Positions 1-9,598 are shown, counted from the stretch's first letter. The stretch: DNA of 64,000 nucleotides from an uncultured Acidobacteriota bacterium (GCA_963757095.1 CAVWQT010000006.1:32960-96959); one strand, 5' to 3'. Program-made: numbers and translations. Notes: a model not told the origin generated them from the letters alone.

Positions 1-889
1 CATCTTCGTGGGCGGCGTTCTGAATAATGGAGCAGGCCTGCTGCACTTCGGCGAGCTTGAGCGAAGACGATCCGGTGATGTTGATGAGGATGCCGCGGGC
101 GCCGTCGATGGCTCCGGCTTCGAGCAGCGGCGAGGCAATCGCTTTCTGCGCGGCCTCGATGGTGCGCTTGGCGCCAGCGGCGGAGGCCGTGCCCATGACG
201 GCGTATCCCATGCCCGACATGATTGTCTTCACGTCGGCGAAGTCGCGGTTGATGATGCCGGGGATGGTGATGATGTCGGAGATGCCTTGCACGCCCTGGC
301 GGAGAATATCGTCAGCGATGCGGAAGGACTCGAAGAAGCCGGCGTCTTCGGCGACGGCGAGCAGCTTTTCGTTGGGGATAACGATGGTGGTGTCGACCGA
401 TTCCATCAATTCGGAGATGCCGCGCTCCGCCTGCTGCATGCGGCGTTTGCCTTCAAAGGAAAACGGCTTGGTGACGACGGCGACGGTGAGCGCGCCCATT
501 TCGCTGGCCAGCGAGGCGATGATGGGAGCGGCGCCGGTGCCCGTGCCTCCGCCGAGTCCGGTGGTGACGAAGACCATATCAGCGCCTTCGAGGGCTTCGA
601 TAATTTTGTCGGAGTCTTCGAGCGCGGCCTTGCGGCCGACCTCGGGATTGGCTCCGGCGCCGAGGCCGTTGGTCAGCTTCACGCCGAGTTGCAATTTCAC
701 CGGGGCGTGCGACATGCGCAGCGCCTGCAGGTCGGTGTTGGCGACGATGAATTCGATGCCCTCGACGCCGGCGTCGATCATGCGGTTGACTGCGTTGCCG
801 CCGCCGCCGCCCACGCCGATGACCTTAATCTTGGCGTCGTTGCGGGCCTCTTCGTTGAAGCTGATGCGAATGCTCGGATCGTTTGTCAT
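1..889 (-). CDS. ftsZ: Cell division GTPase FtsZ (N-terminal part; continues past left edge)
   Basis: Reverse translation from ATG at 889 reads [38 protein letters not shown]...[17 protein letters not shown] (tubulin/FtsZ signature). Absent from the ORF track because no stop lies in the window. Directly downstream of ftsA. Confidence 0.95.
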   Translation of the reverse strand, partial: MTNDPSIRISFNEEARNDAKIKVIGVGGGGGNAVNRMIDAGVEGIEFIVANTDLQALRMSHAPVKLQLGVKLTNGLGAGANPEVGRKAALEDSDKIIEALEGADMVFVTTGLGGGTGTGAAPIIASLASEMGALTVAVVTKPFSFEGKRRMQQAERGISELMESVDTTIVIPNEKLLAVAEDAGFFESFRIADDILRQGVQGISDIITIPGIINRDFADVKTIMSGMGYAVMGTASAAGAKRTIEAAQKAIASPLLEAGAIDGARGILINITGSSSLKLAEVQQACSIIQNAAHED

Positions 890-907
890 GCTGATCTCAC
901 TCCCTCA

Positions 908-960
908 GCGGCTAAAGCCGCAATTCTTTTTCGTCCTTACGGCACGGCTAAAGCCGTGCC
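908..960. repeat. Two palindromic hairpins (GCGGCT-AA-AGCCGC and GGCACGGCT-AA-AGCCGTGCC) in the ftsA-ftsZ spacer
   Basis: Perfect inverted repeats read directly at 908-921 and 941-960. Both share the core GGCTAAAGCC. Confidence 0.8.
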
Positions 961-967
961 CTTGCAC

Positions 968-2182
968 TTACGCTCCCACCAACATGGCTTTCAATCTTGT
1001 TCCCCATCGAGATTCCTGAAGACCGCGCGCGATGCGGGCGCGCTGGCCGTAGTTCACCATGCCGAGTACCGTCGCGAACTCGGGTTCGGATAACGTGGAT
1101 GGCATCTTGGCCAGCGGCGCGGGCCACGAGAGGCGCACGGAGCGGCGCAGCACGGATTCGGCGACGTCGAAAATTCCGGGCAGGCGCGAGGCGCCTCCGG
1201 TGAGCACGATGCCGGCGATGCAAACGTCGTACATGCCGCTCTGGCGCAGGGCGTCGCGCATCATTTCGAAAAGTTCGCGGGCGCGAGGCTCGAGAATTTC
1301 GGCGACGAGGCGCTGCGGCAGCAGGCGCGAGGGCCGATCACCGACCGATGGCACTTCGACTTCGTTGCCTTCGGGAATCAGAGTGACGATGGCGTTGCCG
1401 TAAATCTTTTTGATTTTTTCCGCGTCCGCCAGCGGCGTACACATTCCGACCGACAAGTCGCTGGTGAAATGATCGCCACCGACAGGAATCACTCCGGTGT
1501 AGGCGACGGCGCCTTGCTGGAAGACGATGAGTTCGGTCGAGCCCGCGCCGATATCGGCGAGGCAGACGCCCAGTTCGCGCTCGTCGGCGCGGAGGACAGA
1601 GTCCGCGGCGGCGAGCGGTTCGAAGACGGTGTCGTCGACGTGAACTCCGGCTCTGTTCACGGCGGTGATGACGTTCTGCGTGGCGCTGGTGGCGGCCGTG
1701 ACCAGATGCACCCGCACTTCGAGGCGCGCGGCCATCATGCCGAGCGGGTCGTGAACTCCGGCTTGATCGTCAAGAATAAATTCCTGCGGCAGCAAGTGCA
1801 GAATTTCGCGATCGGCGGGCAGAGCGATGGCGCGGGCGCGCTCGACCGCCTGCTTGATTTCATCGCGACCAATTTCGCGAGGACGCGTGCCCAGACTGAT
1901 GCCGCCGTGGCTGTTCACGCCACGCACATGCGCGCCGCCGATGCCTACGATGGCATGCTCCACCGCGACTCCGGCAACGTCTTCGGCGGCCTCCACCGCT
2001 TTCTGAATGGACGCGACTGCCTTGTCGAGTTCAAAGATCACGCCTTTGCGCGAGCCGCGCGATTCGGCGATGCCGTGTCCGCGATAGCGCAGGCCGGAGT
2101 CGGTGACTTCGGCCGTCAGGGCGCAGGTCTTGGCGCTGCCAACATCGATTGCGGTCAGAAAATTTTGCTGCGGGTTCGCCAT
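968..2182 (-). CDS. ftsA: Cell division protein FtsA
   Basis: 404-aa ORF beginning MANPQQNFLTAIDVGSAKTCAL with actin-like ATPase character. Sits between ftsQ and ftsZ. Confidence 0.93.
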   Translation of the reverse strand: MANPQQNFLTAIDVGSAKTCALTAEVTDSGLRYRGHGIAESRGSRKGVIFELDKAVASIQKAVEAAEDVAGVAVEHAIVGIGGAHVRGVNSHGGISLGTRPREIGRDEIKQAVERARAIALPADREILHLLPQEFILDDQAGVHDPLGMMAARLEVRVHLVTAATSATQNVITAVNRAGVHVDDTVFEPLAAADSVLRADERELGVCLADIGAGSTELIVFQQGAVAYTGVIPVGGDHFTSDLSVGMCTPLADAEKIKKIYGNAIVTLIPEGNEVEVPSVGDRPSRLLPQRLVAEILEPRARELFEMMRDALRQSGMYDVCIAGIVLTGGASRLPGIFDVAESVLRRSVRLSWPAPLAKMPSTLSEPEFATVLGMVNYGQRARIARGLQESRWGTRLKAMLVGA

Positions 2183-2231
2183 GTCGTATGAGTTCTCTAT
2201 TCCTTATTCACTGGTTCTTAATCACTGGTTC

Positions 2232-3707
2232 TTAATCACCCAGGTTGGCTTGCTTTGCAATCGCGGCACTGGGCTTCGGACTGGTTGAGGCCGGCGTGGA
2301 CGACCCCGGCTTCTTCGCTTGCGATGTTGGTTTTGCTGCCGCGTGGGTTGGCTTGACTGCGGCTGACTTATGCTTCACGGCGGCTTTCTTCGGTTTTGGC
2401 CTCCATGCTGATTTCTTCGCGATGGGCTTTGCTTCACCGAGCTTCGCTGCTCCAGCTTTAGCTTCTGCTGTCTTTACTTCTGCGGGCTTCTTCTCTGCCG
2501 ACTTTTTCTCTGCACTCTTCGTGGCTGTGACTGTAGGTTTTGCCACATTTGGCTTGGCGTTCTTGTCTGGCAACGTTTGCTGTGAAAGTTCGAACACGGG
2601 CTTGGGCAGCGACCGATCGTGCGCGGGCAATCGAGTGATGATCGAGGCCGGCTTCACGCCTGCGGCGGCGGCAGCTTTGATGGCACCGGGAGAGAGCGCG
2701 GCGGCCTTCGGCTTCCCTTCCATGTCGGGATTGACGATGACCTGATTGTCGTAGCGCAGATTGACCGACTCGAGTTTTTGAAATTGCTGGCGCCATTCCT
2801 GCACGTGGCTGGCGTAGGTTTTGAAACGCTTCAGGTAGTCGGACGATCCCAGTTCGAGCAGCACATCCCCGGCAGGATCGTTGACGCGAACTTTCAGGTC
2901 ATCGAGATCGGAGAGATCGACCTCGCTCAAATCCTGGGAGTAATGGGCGCCGTCGGAATCGAGTTGGCGAACGAGATCGTTGTAGGCCTTCATGCGCGGG
3001 GCGCGGGTGGAGAGCGGCTCGCCGGGATACATTCCGAGAATGACGGGGAACGAATATTTGTGGTTGTGAGGCAGCTCCATCAGCGTGCCGACGGCATCGA
3101 TGAGAACAATCTTCGGACCAACGCGGGCGAACGCCACCGGAGTGCGCTCGTGAACTTCGACCTTCAGACGATTGGGCACGAAACGCATCACGCTGGCGGA
3201 TTCGACCCAGGGAATCTGCTCAAGCTGGAGTTTCTGCTGGGCGAGCGGGATGAAGAAAATGTTGCGACCGATGTCGGCGCCCATGACTTCCATGATTTGC
3301 GCCTTGGTCACGTTCTGCATCCCAGTGACTTCAATGTTGTCGCTGGACTCAACCCGGAAGCGCCAGGAACGCTCGCCGTATTCATAGAGGGCGGCGGTAG
3401 CGACGGCGGCGAACGCGAGCAGAGCGAGGACGGCGGTGGCCCACAAGAGGCGATGGGCAGTCTTTTTGGGCAGTGCGCTGCGGCGGGCGGAGACGCGTTT
3501 TTGTCCGCGAAGGAAGGGGGATTGTTCGTCTACGTCGAGATCGACCAGGCGAGCGTCGTCGATCTGCTCGCGGTTTTGGTCGCGGCTCGGCTCGCGGCTG
3601 TACTCGCGTCGGGAATTTTCGCGCGCAGATTCTTCGCGGCGAAATTCTCCGCCAGCCGGGTACAACTCTTCCTGCACGATGGTGGAACTTTCCTTCCGCG
3701 CCATCAA
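2232..3707 (-). CDS. ftsQ: Cell division protein FtsQ with a long Lys/Ala/Pro-rich C-terminal tail
   Basis: 491-aa ORF with a charged N-terminus, a single TM (LLWATAVLALLAFAAVATAALY) and a POTRA-like segment (WRFRVESSDNIEVTGMQNVTKAQIMEVM). Immediately upstream of ftsA. Confidence 0.85.
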   Translation of the reverse strand: MMARKESSTIVQEELYPAGGEFRREESARENSRREYSREPSRDQNREQIDDARLVDLDVDEQSPFLRGQKRVSARRSALPKKTAHRLLWATAVLALLAFAAVATAALYEYGERSWRFRVESSDNIEVTGMQNVTKAQIMEVMGADIGRNIFFIPLAQQKLQLEQIPWVESASVMRFVPNRLKVEVHERTPVAFARVGPKIVLIDAVGTLMELPHNHKYSFPVILGMYPGEPLSTRAPRMKAYNDLVRQLDSDGAHYSQDLSEVDLSDLDDLKVRVNDPAGDVLLELGSSDYLKRFKTYASHVQEWRQQFQKLESVNLRYDNQVIVNPDMEGKPKAAALSPGAIKAAAAAGVKPASIITRLPAHDRSLPKPVFELSQQTLPDKNAKPNVAKPTVTATKSAEKKSAEKKPAEVKTAEAKAGAAKLGEAKPIAKKSAWRPKPKKAAVKHKSAAVKPTHAAAKPTSQAKKPGSSTPASTSPKPSAAIAKQANLGD

Positions 3708-3838
3708 TTCAGGTCAGTTGTCGTCAGGGAATCGCTTGAGCCTTTTCACTATAGCCGGATTTGTGAGGCGCGGATAGATGGAAAATGTATGGATTTGCAC
3801 AGGAGGGAATCGAATTAGGAATCAGTGCATGCAGGAGG

Positions 3839-3873
3839 AAAAAAAATCGGGCGCGGCCATCGCGGCCACGCCC
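3839..3873 (-). terminator. Rho-independent terminator after the 3986-4636 gene
   Basis: On the minus strand: GGGCGTGGCC-GCGAT-GGCCGCGCCC followed by GA and T8. Confidence 0.75.
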
Positions 3874-3985
3874 GCTCTAGGAGGCAAACGTAGATGACTT
3901 TACGCTGCTGTCTGCACCTCGCTCACTGCGCCTCTCTCACTGCACATCTCACTGGACTTCTTCACCGACTGAACAAGGAGAACTT

Positions 3986-4636
3986 TTAAACCGGACCTGC
4001 AGCCGCGGTGTCGATGCGAACCGCGGGAATCTGCGGCTGCCGAATTTGCGGGATGCTGATGCGCAGTCTCGGACAAGCCACCATCTTCACGATCGGGTTG
4101 AACGATTTCATCTTCATCATCACCGCCGGGTTGAACGATGCGGGCAACGCCTTGAGGGTGCGATTCAGTTCGATCTGCACCATTTGCAGACGCTCGGCCT
4201 TGGCGGCGATACGAGCTTGCGCGGCTTCCATGCGGGCTTGCATGCGATCTCGCTGGGCTTCGATGCGCGCGTGCTGCACTTCTTTACAGGCGGCCATCTT
4301 TTCTGATTGGCCATCCGACGCTTCGCTGGTCGCCTCTTCGTCTTCGCTGGTCGCGTCTTGGCTGATCGTCGATTCGCTGACCGTCGATTCAGTTTGAACC
4401 GGCGACATCGCTACCGCGAGGCGGGAATCCGCTTGCTCGCGTGCGGCCAAAATCTGCGCCTGAATCAGAAACTGGTCGGCGCGTCCGGTGGCCAGGGCCA
4501 GGACTCCGAGGGTTCTGTGCTTCGCCTGCTCGGCGGCCCGGTGCATCCACTGCAGGTCGCCGGTGTGGTAGCTCGAATTCAATCCGGCGGCCACGACCGC
4601 TGCCACTAGCCATCCCCATGCTTGGTTATATTTCAT
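3986..4636 (-). CDS. Hypothetical membrane-anchored coiled-coil protein
   Basis: 216-aa ORF with N-terminal hydrophobic segment WGWLVAAVVAAGL, an acidic Ser/Thr/Glu-rich linker and a coiled-coil-like segment ARIEAQRDRMQARMEAAQARIAAKAERLQ. AAGGGG lies upstream of the ATG and a terminator lies downstream. Confidence 0.6.
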   Translation of the reverse strand: MKYNQAWGWLVAAVVAAGLNSSYHTGDLQWMHRAAEQAKHRTLGVLALATGRADQFLIQAQILAAREQADSRLAVAMSPVQTESTVSESTISQDATSEDEEATSEASDGQSEKMAACKEVQHARIEAQRDRMQARMEAAQARIAAKAERLQMVQIELNRTLKALPASFNPAVMMKMKSFNPIVKMVACPRLRISIPQIRQPQIPAVRIDTAAAGPV

Positions 4637-4793
4637 GACTTAACCCCTTATGGCTCAATAGACGAATGGCATTTCAATCGGTTAGCAAAGAAAGATACGG
4701 ATGGGAGAGGCGAAAGGTTCCCGGACGTGGGGACGAAGAGCGTAATCGCGATGCGGGGGTCTTATTTTACTGAGACGATCGCTACTATGACGA

Positions 4794-5297
4794 TCACGAC
4801 TGCGCCCAGGTGTGCTCAATCTTCGGCGGATGCTGCAAGGTTTGCATCACTACGCAATACTGTTCTGTTTTCGCCTGCAAGGCTGTGAGTTGCTCCTTGG
4901 TTGCCTGCGGCGCGCGGACGTCGAAAATGACTCGGATGCTCTGAAATCCGACCGGGGCTTCCTTGGATAATCCCAGCGTGCCTTGCAGGTCCAGATCGCC
5001 CTCGACCGTGACATCAATTCCCTCGGTAGGGATTCCCATGGCAGCGGCTACCATCTGGCAAGTGATCTGAGCGCAGGCGGCGAGCGCGCCCAACAGCAGA
5101 TCTCCGGAGCAGGCTCCGGTACCCGCCCCACCAACACCTTTGTGTGCTTGCGCGTTGTAGATTGCCCGCCCGAGGTCGATCGAGCAGGAGATGGGTGCAT
5201 CGGTCTGGCTGCCGCGCGCGGTCAGTGTGATTCTGGAGCTCGTCGGATCTTGCCGGTACTGGTCTTTCAGCGGGCGCTGCAGCGATCGAACATCCAT
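4794..5297 (-). CDS. OsmC/Ohr-family peroxiredoxin-like protein
   Basis: The ORF contains GGAGTGACSGDLLLGALAACAQITC, typical of the OsmC fold. Start set at the internal ATG 5297 (MDVRSLQ) preceded by GGAG; the track ORF extends to 5375. Confidence 0.75.
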   Translation of the reverse strand: MDVRSLQRPLKDQYRQDPTSSRITLTARGSQTDAPISCSIDLGRAIYNAQAHKGVGGAGTGACSGDLLLGALAACAQITCQMVAAAMGIPTEGIDVTVEGDLDLQGTLGLSKEAPVGFQSIRVIFDVRAPQATKEQLTALQAKTEQYCVVMQTLQHPPKIEHTWAQS

Positions 5298-5423
5298 GAA
5301 TCGTCTCCTGATATCTGGGGTATTATAAACGCACTCAGGGGTGCTGCCGCGGAGTTGCCCGTGGCGGCGAGTCAAAATTCAAAGCAAATCACGCAGCGGC
5401 GAGCAGTCATCTCTGGCAGGGCG

Positions 5424-8400
5424 ATGGCTGCGACAGCGAGATCTATGAAGCCTCCGGAAACTCCATCCTTAGTGCCATCCACGTTGTCGCCCGGTACGCG
5501 CTTCGGCAGCTACGAGATTATCGAGCGCTTGGGCGCCGGCGGCATGGGTGAGGTTTATCGTGCCCGGGACACTCGCCTGGGACGGGAAGTCGCCATCAAG
5601 ACTCTTTCACTGGAGAGCGGTGCTAATCCGCAAGCTTTATCACGCTTCGAGCAGGAGGCCCGGTCTGCCTGCGCCCTCAATCATCCCAACATCGTCACTA
5701 TCTATGAGCTCGGCCACGTCAACGGAACACGCTACATCGCCATGGAACTGGTGATTGGGGAGACGGTCCGAGAATTGTTGGATTCCGGCCCGATTCCATT
5801 CCGCAAAGCCGTCGGCCTCGCGGCCCAGATCGCCGACGCTCTGGCCAAGGCGCATGCGATTGGCATTGTTCATCGCGACCTGAAGCCGGAGAATCTGATG
5901 GTTTCTGGCGACGCTACCGCGAAGATTTTGGATTTTGGTCTGGCAAAACTGCAGGCGGACCCTAGTCCGGATTCAGACGCGTCGACCACCATCACAGAGC
6001 ACGGAACCGTGATGGGCACGGTCGGCTACATGTCACCGGAGCAAGCCACTGGCGAAGAAGTTGATTTTCGTTCCGATCAGTTTGCTTTCGGATCGGTGCT
6101 CTATGAAATGGTGACCGGATCTCCGGCATTCCGAAAGAAGACACATGCCGAGACCCTGGCCGCGATCCTGCGCGACGAGCCCGAGCGTCTTCGTTCTGAA
6201 ATGCTGCAGGCGCCTCCTCCCTTTCTGTGGATCGTGGAGCGCTGCCTGGCCAAGAAGCCCAAGGAGCGCTACGCCTCCACCCATGATTTGGCTCGCGACC
6301 TTGCCGCGGTGCGTGACCGGTTAGCCGAGGCGTCGGTGCGTCCTGCTCAGTCTCGTCCCAACAATCTGCCGGTGCAGCGCACCGCATTCATTGGACGGGA
6401 GCGCGAAGCGACGGCACTGCGTCAACTACTGAGTCGTGCGGACGTGCAACTGGTGACGCTCACCGGTCCGGGCGGCATTGGGAAGACGCGACTCGCGCTG
6501 CAGGTAGCGGCCGATGCCGCGGCCGAGTTTCCAGGGGGCGTATGCTTCGTCCCGCTGTCGGCAGTGAGCGATCCCACCCTGATCGCTGCCACGATTGCGC
6601 AGGCGTTGGGAGTACGCGAAACCGGGAACCAGTCGTCGCAGGAAAGCTTGAAAGAGTACGTGAGCATGCTGGATCAACCGATGCTGCTCTTGCTGGACAA
6701 CTTCGAGCACCTGGTGTCCGCCGCGCCCGTAATCACGCAACTGCTCACTACCGGGCCGAAGCTGAAGGTCGCGGTCACCAGCCAGGCGCCGCTTCACGTG
6801 TACGGTGAACATGAACTCCCGGTGCCGCCGCTGGCACTGCCTGACTTGAAATCCATTCCGCCACTCGAAACGCTTTCGCGTCTTCCGGCGGTCGCGCTTT
6901 TTGTGGAACGGGCAAAGGCGGTGAAGCGCGAATTCGAGCTCACACGGGATAACGCGCCCGCGGTGGCGGCCATCTGCGCTCGCCTTGACGGCCTGCCCCT
7001 GGCGATTGAACTGGCGGCGGCGCGCACCAAGCTGCTTTCGCCGCACGCCATGTTGTCTCGCCTGGAAAGCCGTCTGAACCTGCTGACTGGCGGCGCCCGC
7101 GACCTGCCGACCCGGCAACAAACTCTGCGCAGCACTGTGGACTGGAGTTACGGCTTGCTCAATGCGCCGGAACAGGCCGTGTTCCGCAGACTTTCGGTGT
7201 TTGCCGGCGGATGCACGCTGGAAGGGGCGGAAGCCGTATGCGATACCAAGGGCGACCTGGGCCTGGACATACTCGACGGCATGGCTTCCATGGTGGACAA
7301 GAGTCTGGCGCAGCAGGTGGAACAGGGCGATGCGGAAACGCGATTCTTCATGCTCTCGACCATCCGCGAGTATGCACTGGAACGCCTGGCCGAGAGCCAC
7401 GATGAAGCGGCGACTCGCCGCGCCCATGCCGCTTACTACCTGGTGCTGGCCGAAGAGGGTGCGGAGGACGTGGTCGCCCACCCGCAATGGCTCGACCGTT
7501 TTGAGATTGAGCACGACAACTTCCGCCTCGCGCTCGATTATCTGATCAAGACCGGGGACGCCGAATGGGGCCTGCGGCTTGGCGCTGCGCTGTTTCGTTT
7601 CTGGGAAACGCGGGAGTATCTCACGGAGGGCCGGGACGCGATTGCCCGGCTGCTGGCTTTGGAAGGAACCGCGACGCGTCCGAAACTGCGGGCCCGCCTG
7701 TTGTTCGCCGCCGCAGTTCTGGCGGGTGAGCAAGGCGATTATGCCTCGGCGCGGCAACTGTTCGAAGATAGTCTTGAGACCTGTCTGGAACTCAACGACA
7801 GGCGCGGCGTGGCGATCGCACTGAACGCGCTGGCCGTGAACTCGCGCGACCGGGGCGACCTTCCGGTTGCATCCTCGCTCTTCGAACGCTGTGTCGCGAT
7901 ATGGAAGGACCTGGGCGATTCCGCCGACACCGCCCGCGCCCTCAGCAACCTGGCCAACGTAACCAAGCTGCAGGGCGATTATGCGCTGGCATCCTCACTC
8001 TATGACGAGTGCCTGACGATGTTTCGCAAGGCTGGAGATGGCGCCGGCGTGGCCTGGACACTGAACTATCAGGGCGACGTGGCGCGTGAAAAGGCGGACC
8101 TGGTCGCCGCCCGCTCATTTTGCGAACAGAGTCTGGCGGCGTTCCGTGAACTGCGGGACGGCTGGGGAATTGCCAGTGCCCTGGCCGATCTGGCGAGTCT
8201 AAGCTGCGACTTGGGCAACGACGCCGAGGCGCGTCGTCTCTACGGGGAAAGCATCCGACTGTTCCAGGAACTGGGTCACAAACGCGGGATCGCGAGGGCA
8301 CTCGAATGTCTCGCGGTAAGTGCCGCGGCGCAATCGAAGGCCGAGCAATCGCTGCATTTGGCAGGGGCGGCCGCCGCGCTTCGGCAGCGATTGGGAGCGC

Positions 8401-8570
8401 CGCTCAGGCCGACCGAACAACCCCGGCTGGAGAAGGCTTTGGAATTCGCGCGCCGAGCGCTGGGCAGTGCCGCAGGTCTGACGGCGTGGATGGAAGGCTG
8501 GGCGATGCCGGTGGAGCAAGCGGTCCGCGAGGGGCTGGATGGCGACCCGGAAACAGGTCCGCGCAATTAG
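5424..8570 (+). CDS. Ser/Thr protein kinase fused to a STAND (NB-ARC/AAA-type) NTPase and TPR repeats
   Basis: Kinase motifs GAGGMGEVY, VAIK, HRDLKPEN, DFGLAK and SPEQ, followed by P-loop GPGGIGKTRLAL and a C-terminal run of TPR-like repeats (ALNALAV.., LSNLANV.., TLNYQGDV..). Start chosen at ATG 5424 (alternative 5445); the upstream part of the track ORF is antisense to the OsmC gene. Confidence 0.9.
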   Translation: MAATARSMKPPETPSLVPSTLSPGTRFGSYEIIERLGAGGMGEVYRARDTRLGREVAIKTLSLESGANPQALSRFEQEARSACALNHPNIVTIYELGHVNGTRYIAMELVIGETVRELLDSGPIPFRKAVGLAAQIADALAKAHAIGIVHRDLKPENLMVSGDATAKILDFGLAKLQADPSPDSDASTTITEHGTVMGTVGYMSPEQATGEEVDFRSDQFAFGSVLYEMVTGSPAFRKKTHAETLAAILRDEPERLRSEMLQAPPPFLWIVERCLAKKPKERYASTHDLARDLAAVRDRLAEASVRPAQSRPNNLPVQRTAFIGREREATALRQLLSRADVQLVTLTGPGGIGKTRLALQVAADAAAEFPGGVCFVPLSAVSDPTLIAATIAQALGVRETGNQSSQESLKEYVSMLDQPMLLLLDNFEHLVSAAPVITQLLTTGPKLKVAVTSQAPLHVYGEHELPVPPLALPDLKSIPPLETLSRLPAVALFVERAKAVKREFELTRDNAPAVAAICARLDGLPLAIELAAARTKLLSPHAMLSRLESRLNLLTGGARDLPTRQQTLRSTVDWSYGLLNAPEQAVFRRLSVFAGGCTLEGAEAVCDTKGDLGLDILDGMASMVDKSLAQQVEQGDAETRFFMLSTIREYALERLAESHDEAATRRAHAAYYLVLAEEGAEDVVAHPQWLDRFEIEHDNFRLALDYLIKTGDAEWGLRLGAALFRFWETREYLTEGRDAIARLLALEGTATRPKLRARLLFAAAVLAGEQGDYASARQLFEDSLETCLELNDRRGVAIALNALAVNSRDRGDLPVASSLFERCVAIWKDLGDSADTARALSNLANVTKLQGDYALASSLYDECLTMFRKAGDGAGVAWTLNYQGDVAREKADLVAARSFCEQSLAAFRELRDGWGIASALADLASLSCDLGNDAEARRLYGESIRLFQELGHKRGIARALECLAVSAAAQSKAEQSLHLAGAAAALRQRLGAPLRPTEQPRLEKALEFARRALGSAAGLTAWMEGWAMPVEQAVREGLDGDPETGPRN

Positions 8571-8596
8571 GTCGCGGATTTCAAACTCCGCTTAGC

Positions 8597-8875
8597 TCAA
8601 TGGGCGGTGTCGGGGTCGATCATGCGCCGCACCGCCGAGACGCGATTCGCCGGAAAGCCTCCGCGGCGTGCATGTTCGCGCACCGTTTCCTCGTCCGGCG
8701 CCAGGTACACACAGTAGAGCTTATCGCCCGTGACATAGCTATGGAGCCACTTGATCTCCGGGCCCATCTCTTTCAGGACGCCAACCGACTTCTTGGCGAC
8801 GGCCTGCAGTTCCGTATCCGACAGATTACCTAGGCCCGGGATTTCGCGCTCGATCACAAATTGCGGCATGGCCAC
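8597..8875 (-). CDS. DUF4242-like small protein
   Basis: 92-aa ORF MAMPQFVIEREIPGLGNLSDTELQAVAKKS...WLHSYVTGDKLYCVYLAPDEETVREHARRGGFPA, which matches the pattern I associate with DUF4242. Confidence 0.7.
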   Translation of the reverse strand: MAMPQFVIEREIPGLGNLSDTELQAVAKKSVGVLKEMGPEIKWLHSYVTGDKLYCVYLAPDEETVREHARRGGFPANRVSAVRRMIDPDTAH

Positions 8876-8915
8876 CTCACAGAACGGTCATGGTAGCAGA
8901 TTCTTCGCTGGATAA

Positions 8916-9068
8916 CTGCACTCCACGGTGTCCGGGTGGTGGGTGAGTATGATTTCCGCGGCGATGAAAGCTGGAATCAGCGATCACGTTTGGACCGTAG
9001 ATGAAATGTGCGGCCTGTTACAGGAAGCATGGTCCGCCACAGGGCGGATCGGCAAGGGCTTATCCTGA
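8916..9068 (+). mobile_element. Remnant of a DDE transposase C-terminal tail
   Basis: Short frame ...SMISAAMKAGISDHVWTVDEMCGLLQE*. It resembles the conserved ...TPAMAAG(V/I)(T/S)DHVW(S/T)xxE(I/L)xxLL tail of IS1/IS1595-type transposases. No catalytic domain is present. Confidence 0.45.
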
Positions 9069-9109
9069 AGGCACTCGGAGAAAATGTCGGTTAGCACTAT
9101 AATCAGCAA

Positions 9110-9364
9110 ATGAGCCGCCCGCTTGAATCATTTGAGTTTCTAAATCGAGGCTGGGACATTCGTATACTCGAGACTCAGTCACTGCGATCAGTTTTCGTGT
9201 TTTTATTAGTGGCTATATTCATGCTCGGGATGCTTACCAGCATGACGCTCTACGAGGCTGTTCGTCTTCATCATTTCAATTGGTCAACCGCATTTCTTTT
9301 CCCCGTTTTCCTTCTCGCTGTCTTTCGCTATGCACCACTGGTCTATCGTCGCCTCGGACGATAG
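9110..9364 (+). CDS. Hypothetical small membrane protein (two predicted TM segments) in a GC-poor patch
   Basis: 84-aa ORF with hydrophobic stretches VFVFLLVAIFMLGMLTSM and AFLFPVFLLAVF. The local sequence is visibly more AT-rich than its surroundings. Confidence 0.5.
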   Translation: MSRPLESFEFLNRGWDIRILETQSLRSVFVFLLVAIFMLGMLTSMTLYEAVRLHHFNWSTAFLFPVFLLAVFRYAPLVYRRLGR

Positions 9365-9598
9365 TGTCGCCGTCACGATTCGCTGTGGAAATTGTACTGA
9401 CCCACTACCTCTGACCGCCCGAAGTCAGTTTCTGGGAACAAATTTCATGGCGTGAATCTGACCGCTCATACATTGTCTTCCCCAGGCAGCTACAGAACTA
9501 ACCCCTCATCGGAAGTTGCAGTTCTCACGCATCCAAGGGAGCGATCTGTGCGAACCGTTGAGTTGGTTCGCTACGAGGTTAAAAGACAGGCCAGGAGG

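Noticed and set aside
8-1093. 361-aa and 330-aa plus-strand ORFs at the left edge
   Set aside because: They lie antisense to ftsZ. The translations are Gly/Asp/Ala-rich junk typical of shadow ORFs in GC-rich DNA, whereas the minus strand gives a perfect FtsZ.
6426-7757. 443-aa minus-strand ORF inside the kinase-STAND gene
   Set aside because: Arg/Gln-rich low-information translation antisense to a clearly conserved protein. Shadow ORF.
9097-9102. TATAAT 7 nt before ATG 9110, suggesting a leaderless mRNA
   Set aside because: The -35 region (TCGGAG) is poor. It cannot be distinguished from chance in an AT-rich patch.
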